Source of the DNA: Candidatus Eiseniibacteriota bacterium
GTDB taxonomy: Bacteria; Eisenbacteria; RBG-16-71-46; JABDJR01
Assembly: GCA_963762255.1 (NCBI GenBank)
Contig: CAVXKA010000003.1
Span: forward strand, 512,001 to 576,000
Length of the DNA: 64,000 bases
Reading direction: 5' to 3'
Part shown: one piece after another, positions 59,220 to 64,000 of the stretch
How positions within the stretch are numbered: the stretch's first letter is position 1
Layout: each line of letters starts with the position of its first letter
Position numbers and translations under genes: made by a program
Notes under the pieces: generated by a model
The model's input: only the letters and a program-made list of their open reading frames with translations
What the model was told of the DNA's origin: nothing
Database searches by the model: none

Positions 59220-60544
59220 GCGCGTTCCGGCGCGGCCGGCACGCCGCGGCCGACCGCCACGTGGACGAAGCCCAGTTCCCGCATCTGGTCCGGATCGTAG
59301 ATGTTCTTGAGGTCCACCACGACGTTCCCCTTCAGCACCTCCCGCAGGCGTTTGAGGTTCATGGTGCGGAACTCGTTCCACTCGGTGGCGATGACGATTG
59401 CGTCGGCGCCATCCACCGCTTTCCAGAGATCGCTCGCGTACTCCACGTCGGGAACCTCGAGCTTGGAGTTGGGCATCGCGATGGGATCGAACCCCCTGAC
59501 CTTCGCCCCCTTCTGCTTGAGGAACTTCATGAAGTCGATGCCCACCGAGTAGCGGATGTCGTCGGTCTGGGGCTTGAACGAGAGTCCGAGCACCGCAACG
59601 GTCTTTCCTTCCAGACCGCCCATGATGCGCTCGGTGCGGGCCATCAGGCGGCGGCGCTGCTCGTCGTTCACCTCGATCGTGGCGCGCACGATCTTGAGGG
59701 GATAGCCGAGACTGCGCGCCAGGTGATCCAGCGCCTCCGTATCCTTGGGGAAGCACGACCCGCCGTAGCCCGCGCCCGCGTGGAGGAACTTGTTGCCGAT
59801 GCGCCGGTCGAGCCCCATTCCCCGCTCCACCACCTTGATGTCCGCCCCCACTAACTCGCAGAGATTCGCCATCTCGTTCACGAAGGAGATCTTGGTTGCG
59901 AGGAACGCGTTGGCCGCGTACTTGATCAACTCCGCCGTCTCCACCGTGGTCTTCACCATCGGAGTCTCGTTCAGGTAGAGCGGCTTGTAAATTTCGCTCA
60001 GGGCGTCCTCCGCGCGCTTGCTCCAGGTCCCGATCACCACGCGGTCGGGGCGCATGAAGTCCTCGACCGCGCTCCCCTCGCGAAGGAACTCGGGATTGGA
60101 AGCCACGTCGAAGGGGTGGTCGCCGTTGCGCTGCGAGCGGATGAGATCGCGGATGCGCACGCCCGTCCCCACCGGGACCGTGCTCTTCTGCACCACGACC
60201 TTGTACCCGTTCATGTGCTTGGCGATGTCGCGCGCGACCTGGAAAACGTACTGCAGGTCGGCCTCGCCGTCGGTGCCGCGGGGGGTGCCCACGCAGATGA
60301 AGATGACGTCGCTCTGGCGGATCGCGCCGGGGAGGTCGGTTGAGAACTTGAGCCGCCCCTCGCGCACGTTGCGATCGATGATCTCTTCCAGCCCGAACTC
60401 GTAGAAGGGGACCTTGCCCTGGCGCAGGCTGTCGATCTTCGCGGCGGCCGTGTCTACACAGAGCACCTCGTTGCCGAAATCGGCGAGACAGACTCCGGTG
60501 ACCAACCCGACGTATCCCGCTCCCACCATGCAAATCTGCTGCAT
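59216..60544 (-). CDS. ugd: UDP-glucose 6-dehydrogenase
   Basis: GAGYVG, KSTVPVGT, SNPEFLREG, GYGGSCFPKD and FKPQTDD. Confidence 0.93.
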   Translation of the reverse strand: MQQICMVGAGYVGLVTGVCLADFGNEVLCVDTAAAKIDSLRQGKVPFYEFGLEEIIDRNVREGRLKFSTDLPGAIRQSDVIFICVGTPRGTDGEADLQYVFQVARDIAKHMNGYKVVVQKSTVPVGTGVRIRDLIRSQRNGDHPFDVASNPEFLREGSAVEDFMRPDRVVIGTWSKRAEDALSEIYKPLYLNETPMVKTTVETAELIKYAANAFLATKISFVNEMANLCELVGADIKVVERGMGLDRRIGNKFLHAGAGYGGSCFPKDTEALDHLARSLGYPLKIVRATIEVNDEQRRRLMARTERIMGGLEGKTVAVLGLSFKPQTDDIRYSVGIDFMKFLKQKGAKVRGFDPIAMPNSKLEVPDVEYASDLWKAVDGADAIVIATEWNEFRTMNLKRLREVLKGNVVVDLKNIYDPDQMRELGFVHVAVGRGVPAAPERA

Positions 60545-60558
60545 CCACAACCTCCCCG

Positions 60559-60617
60559 CTTGGTGTCCTGGCAAAGCGACCGAAGAGTCTTGGTGTCCTG
60601 CAAAGCGACCGAAGAGT
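60559..60617. repeat. 30/29-bp tandem direct repeat in the ugd leader
   Basis: CTTGGTGTCCTG(G)CAAAGCGACCGAAGAGT at 60559-60588 and 60589-60617. Confidence 0.9.
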
Positions 60618-60643
60618 ATAGCTGCCTGAGGCCCTGCGGACAA
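60615..60643 (-). promoter_or_regulatory. Sigma70-type promoter of ugd-rfbB-wecB-wzi
   Basis: Minus strand TTGTCC-17 bp-TATACT. Confidence 0.6.
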
Positions 60644-60697
60644 TCGCGGCGCGGAGGGGCAGGCGCCGCCCGGGAACCGGTCGAACGTGCCCCCGGC

Positions 60698-61423
60698 TTA
60701 ACGAACCGCGGCCATCTCTTCCAGCACCGCCCGCGCCGCCCGCGACGGATCCACCCCCCCGGTGATGGCGCGCCCCACCACCAGGTGGGTCGCTCCACCG
60801 CCCAGCGCCGCCGCCGGAGTGGCCACGCGGGCCTGGTCGTGCGAGGCGCCCCCCGCGATGCGGATCCCGGGGATCACCTTGAGGAAATCGTGGGGCGTGA
60901 TCGCGCAGAGAATGGCCAACTCGTGCGTCGACGCCACCGCCCCGTCGACACCGGCGTGGCATGCCGCGTCGGCGAACGCGCGCACGCGGGACCGCACGTC
61001 GCCGGAACGATAGACGTCGGGGAACTCGGTGCCGTCGAGGCTGGTGAGGACGGTCACGCCGAGAAGCTTGAGCCCGTCTGGAGCGATGTCGTCACGCGCT
61101 TCCACCGCGGAGCGCAGCATCGCCGGCCCGCCGCTCGCGTGGATGGTGAGCATGTCGGCGCCAAGCCGGCAGGCCGAGCGCACCGCCCCCGCCACCTGGC
61201 TCGGGATGTCGTGGAGCTTGAGATCGAGGAAGACCCGCTTCCCCGCGCACTTGAAGTCGTCCACCACCGCCGGGCCTTCGGCGGTGAAGAGTTCGAGCCC
61301 GAGCTTGTACCACAGCACTTCGTCACCGAGCCGGTCACGCAGATCCTTCGCCTGCTCTCGCGACGCAACATCCACGGCCACGATGAGCCGGTCCCTGGCC
61401 AGGTCGATCGCACTGGCGGTCAT
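60698..61423 (-). CDS. pyrF: Orotidine-5'-phosphate decarboxylase
   Basis: FLDLKLHDIP, VTVLTS, PGIR and VVGRAIT. Confidence 0.95.
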   Translation of the reverse strand: MTASAIDLARDRLIVAVDVASREQAKDLRDRLGDEVLWYKLGLELFTAEGPAVVDDFKCAGKRVFLDLKLHDIPSQVAGAVRSACRLGADMLTIHASGGPAMLRSAVEARDDIAPDGLKLLGVTVLTSLDGTEFPDVYRSGDVRSRVRAFADAACHAGVDGAVASTHELAILCAITPHDFLKVIPGIRIAGGASHDQARVATPAAALGGGATHLVVGRAITGGVDPSRAARAVLEEMAAVR

Positions 61424-61683
61424 TCTCTCTCCTCCGGCGCCTTCGCAGTCTCCGGCGCTTCCACAACATCAGGCGCGACACCGCGGCGTGCGCGATAGCT
61501 CCGGTAGTCCTTCTGCACCCAGCGCAACGCCAGCGCGGCGAGGGCCGCATCGTCGAGAAAACCCGCAACCCAGAATACGTCGGGGATGAGGTCGAAAGGC
61601 ATGATGAAGTAGATCAAGGCGCCCACGATCGCGACCCCCGATCGCCACGGGATCCAACGCTTCGGCCTCGGTTCCGTCATCAC
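61420..61683 (-). CDS. YkvA/DUF1232 family protein
   Basis: YFIMPFDLIPD...GFLDD. Confidence 0.85.
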   Translation of the reverse strand: MMTEPRPKRWIPWRSGVAIVGALIYFIMPFDLIPDVFWVAGFLDDAALAALALRWVQKDYRSYRARRGVAPDVVEAPETAKAPEERE

Positions 61684-61687
61684 ACAC

Positions 61688-62647
61688 TCATTCCGGCCGG
61701 CGCGGTTCGATCACCCACTCGGGATCGATCCGCAGCGTCCCCACGATGTCGGTCACGCTTGTCGCGCCCTGCGCGCACAGGAAGTCACGCACCCCGGCAG
61801 CGATACGCGCCGGACAATCGGGGTCGGCGTAGACCGCCGTACCCACCTGCACCGCCTTGCACCCCGCGATCAGGAACTCGAGTGCGTCTTCGGCGGTCGC
61901 GATGCCGCCGATGCCGATCACGTCGCACTGGAGCACGCGCACCAATTCCCAGCACTTGGCCAGCGCGACCGGTCGGATCGCCGGACCGCTCAAGCCTCCG
62001 ACGCCGCGCCTCAACGCGGGCACCCGCCGCGCCACATCTACCTTCATGCCGAGAAGCGTATTGATCGCCGAGAGCCCGTCGGCGCCCTCGTCGAGACACG
62101 CCTTGCCCACGCTGGAGATGCTGGTCACGTTGGGGGTGAGCTTCGCCCAGACGGGCTTGCGCGTGACGCGGCGCACCGCGCGCACGACATCGGCCGCGAG
62201 CCGAGGATGGGTGCTCATGTCGAGCCCCCCCTCCTTGACGTTCGGGCAGGAGATGTTGAGTTCGAGCGCGTCGCAGCGGGCCACCGCATCCAGACGCGCG
62301 GCGAGACGCGCGAAGTCCTCGGGGCCGTAGCCCCCGATCGAAACCACCACCCGGGTGTCCACGCCGTCCAGGAGCGGCAACTTCTCCGCGATGAACCGCT
62401 CGATCCCCACTCCCTCCAGGCCGATCGAGTTGAGCATGCCGGCGGAGGTCTCGGCGATGCGCGGCGGTGGGTTGCCCGGCCGCACGTCCTCGAAGATCGT
62501 CTTCGTGACGACGCCGCCGATCGCGGTGAGGTCGAGGAGCGGCATGAGTTCGGCGCCGTAGCCGCCGGTGCCCGACGCCACCAGGACCGGGTTGCGAAGC
62601 GCGAGTCCGCCCGCGGTGATGCGGAGATCCGGCACGACGCTACTCAT
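61688..62647 (-). CDS. pyrD: Dihydroorotate dehydrogenase B catalytic subunit
   Basis: ASGT, GNPPPRIAE, MLNSIGL, ELNISCPNV, KLTPNV and GGLSGPAIRP. Confidence 0.95.
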   Translation of the reverse strand: MSSVVPDLRITAGGLALRNPVLVASGTGGYGAELMPLLDLTAIGGVVTKTIFEDVRPGNPPPRIAETSAGMLNSIGLEGVGIERFIAEKLPLLDGVDTRVVVSIGGYGPEDFARLAARLDAVARCDALELNISCPNVKEGGLDMSTHPRLAADVVRAVRRVTRKPVWAKLTPNVTSISSVGKACLDEGADGLSAINTLLGMKVDVARRVPALRRGVGGLSGPAIRPVALAKCWELVRVLQCDVIGIGGIATAEDALEFLIAGCKAVQVGTAVYADPDCPARIAAGVRDFLCAQGATSVTDIVGTLRIDPEWVIEPRRPE

Positions 62648-63455
62648 GGGCGTAACGCTCCCAGTCCACGCGCGCCGCGTCCACGACCGGACCGTCCGCG
62701 CACTGCATCAGGTAGCGCGACTCGCCGCGCAACGGGACCGCGCACCCGCGGCAGAGACCGAGCCCGCAGCCGTATATCCCCTCGAGGCTCACCTGGCAGG
62801 CCAGTCCGTGCCGCTCGGCCAGCCGCGCCGCCGCCGGCAGGAATCGCTCCGGGCCGCAGGCGTAGATCGCGGGCGCGTCGGCGAGCCACTCCGGCCGCTC
62901 GCGCTCGAGCGCGTCCACCACGGTTCCATGAAAGCCTCGGGTACCGTCGTCGGTGGCGATAAGGAGCCGCTCTGGATCCAACCGGTCGAGGCCGAAGAGA
63001 AGCGACTCGGTGCGCGCCCCGAACGCGAAGCACACCTCGCGAAAACCCCGGTCGCGCAGCGTGCGGTGCAGAAAGAGAAGAGGCGCGGCACCACGACCGC
63101 CTGCAAGGAGGATCGCGGGACGCGAGAGGTCTACGTCGTACGGCGCGCCGAGCGGTCCGAGCGAATCCACGGGATCTCCAACGCGCCAGAGCGCCATCGC
63201 CGACGTGCCGCGGCCGACGACCGCGTAGTACAACTCCACCACCGTCGCGCCCGCCTCGCGACGGAACTCCACCACACCGAACGGGCGTCGAAAAAGTGGA
63301 TCGATGGACGAGCCAGCGCGCAAGTTCAGATACTGGCCGGGCAGGACGTCGGGGAAATCGGGCGGGAATTCAAGTTCGAGGGAAAAGAAGCCCGGTGCGG
63401 TCTCGCGCTGAGCGCGCACCCGCGCGACGGAGAGACGCGGCCGGTCGGGTTTCAT
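62640..63455 (-). CDS. pyrK: Dihydroorotate dehydrogenase electron transfer subunit
   Basis: PGQY, RRPF, GPLG, GGRGAAPL, ACGP and the 2Fe-2S motif CGLGLCRGC...C. Confidence 0.9.
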   Translation of the reverse strand: MKPDRPRLSVARVRAQRETAPGFFSLELEFPPDFPDVLPGQYLNLRAGSSIDPLFRRPFGVVEFRREAGATVVELYYAVVGRGTSAMALWRVGDPVDSLGPLGAPYDVDLSRPAILLAGGRGAAPLLFLHRTLRDRGFREVCFAFGARTESLLFGLDRLDPERLLIATDDGTRGFHGTVVDALERERPEWLADAPAIYACGPERFLPAAARLAERHGLACQVSLEGIYGCGLGLCRGCAVPLRGESRYLMQCADGPVVDAARVDWERYAHE

Positions 63456-63489
63456 GGCCCGCGTATTCTGCCGGGGTTGCGCCCAAAAC

Positions 63490-64000
63490 TCAATCGTCGG
63501 GGCGCTTCTCCTCAGGGGGCGCGGCGACGGTGTCGGCGGGAGCCACCGTCGAATCCGTAAGCGCCGCGCCACCCGACAGCACGCCCGTCGTGTCGGCGGG
63601 TGCTGCCGCCGAGTCCGCGGGCGTCGCGCCGTCGAACGGCGCCGCTGAAGTGTCCGCCGGCACCGGTATCACGATCGGCTCCGGGGTCTCGCTCGGCACC
63701 GCGCCGATGGGGGTTGCCATCACCGAGTCCGCCTGCTCCGGCAAAGGCATCGTGTGCACTACGCGGCGTCCGGTTCCCGCGGCTCGGCGCGCGAGTTCGG
63801 CGGAATCGGGCGGCGCGCCCAGCACCGGAGTCCAACCGCCGGGCGGGATCGCCATCGGATCCAAGAACTTCCCACTCGGTCCACGCGGAAGCGACATCGT
63901 CGCCATCTCGCCCGGCGAGAGCTTGCGCGGCGCGGGCGCGGTCCGCCCCGATGCGCCCATGCCCGGCCCCCCGGGCGGGGTGCCACGCTCCAGCGAACCC
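63490..64000 (-). CDS. Hypothetical protein, C-terminal part (Pro/Ala/Asp-rich tail)
   Basis: Frame is open to the window end; low-complexity tail ADSAAAPADTTG...ADTVAAPP. Confidence 0.55.
   Translation of the reverse strand, partial: GSLERGTPPGGPGMGASGRTAPAPRKLSPGEMATMSLPRGPSGKFLDPMAIPPGGWTPVLGAPPDSAELARRAAGTGRRVVHTMPLPEQADSVMATPIGAVPSETPEPIVIPVPADTSAAPFDGATPADSAAAPADTTGVLSGGAALTDSTVAPADTVAAPPEEKRPDD

Noticed and set aside
60559-60617. CRISPR array
   Set aside because: Only two abutting copies, with no spacer and no cas genes.

Overview
GC-rich, gene-dense chromosomal segment of a diderm bacterium. Gene content suggests an FCB-related or Eisenbacteria-like lineage, but that is inference only. 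In order, it holds a GH144-like glucanase with a sugar ABC importer; a PstS-like/TPR/ExbB/ExbD/ExbD/TonB operon; and an M16 peptidase, CPBP protease, GT-C-like+TPR protein, ANKH-like transporter, mgtE and cystathionine beta-synthase/gamma-lyase cluster. Then come a long serS-HK-porX-like-tsaE-tsaB-rimI-accD-ABC ATPase-ROK-lptD run, a ~23 kb Wzy-type surface polysaccharide locus, and pyrK-pyrD-ykvA-pyrF. The main finding is a gene the ORF caller split in two (23160..21763, minus). It has an in-frame TGA in a P-C-G-U motif followed by a SECIS-like hairpin. It would encode an exported selenoprotein fusing a catalytically degenerate UshA/5'-nucleotidase-like domain to a four-CxxCH cytochrome c. 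Several genes carry clustered frameshifts that look like sequencing errors. I saw no rRNA, tRNA, CRISPR array or mobile element.
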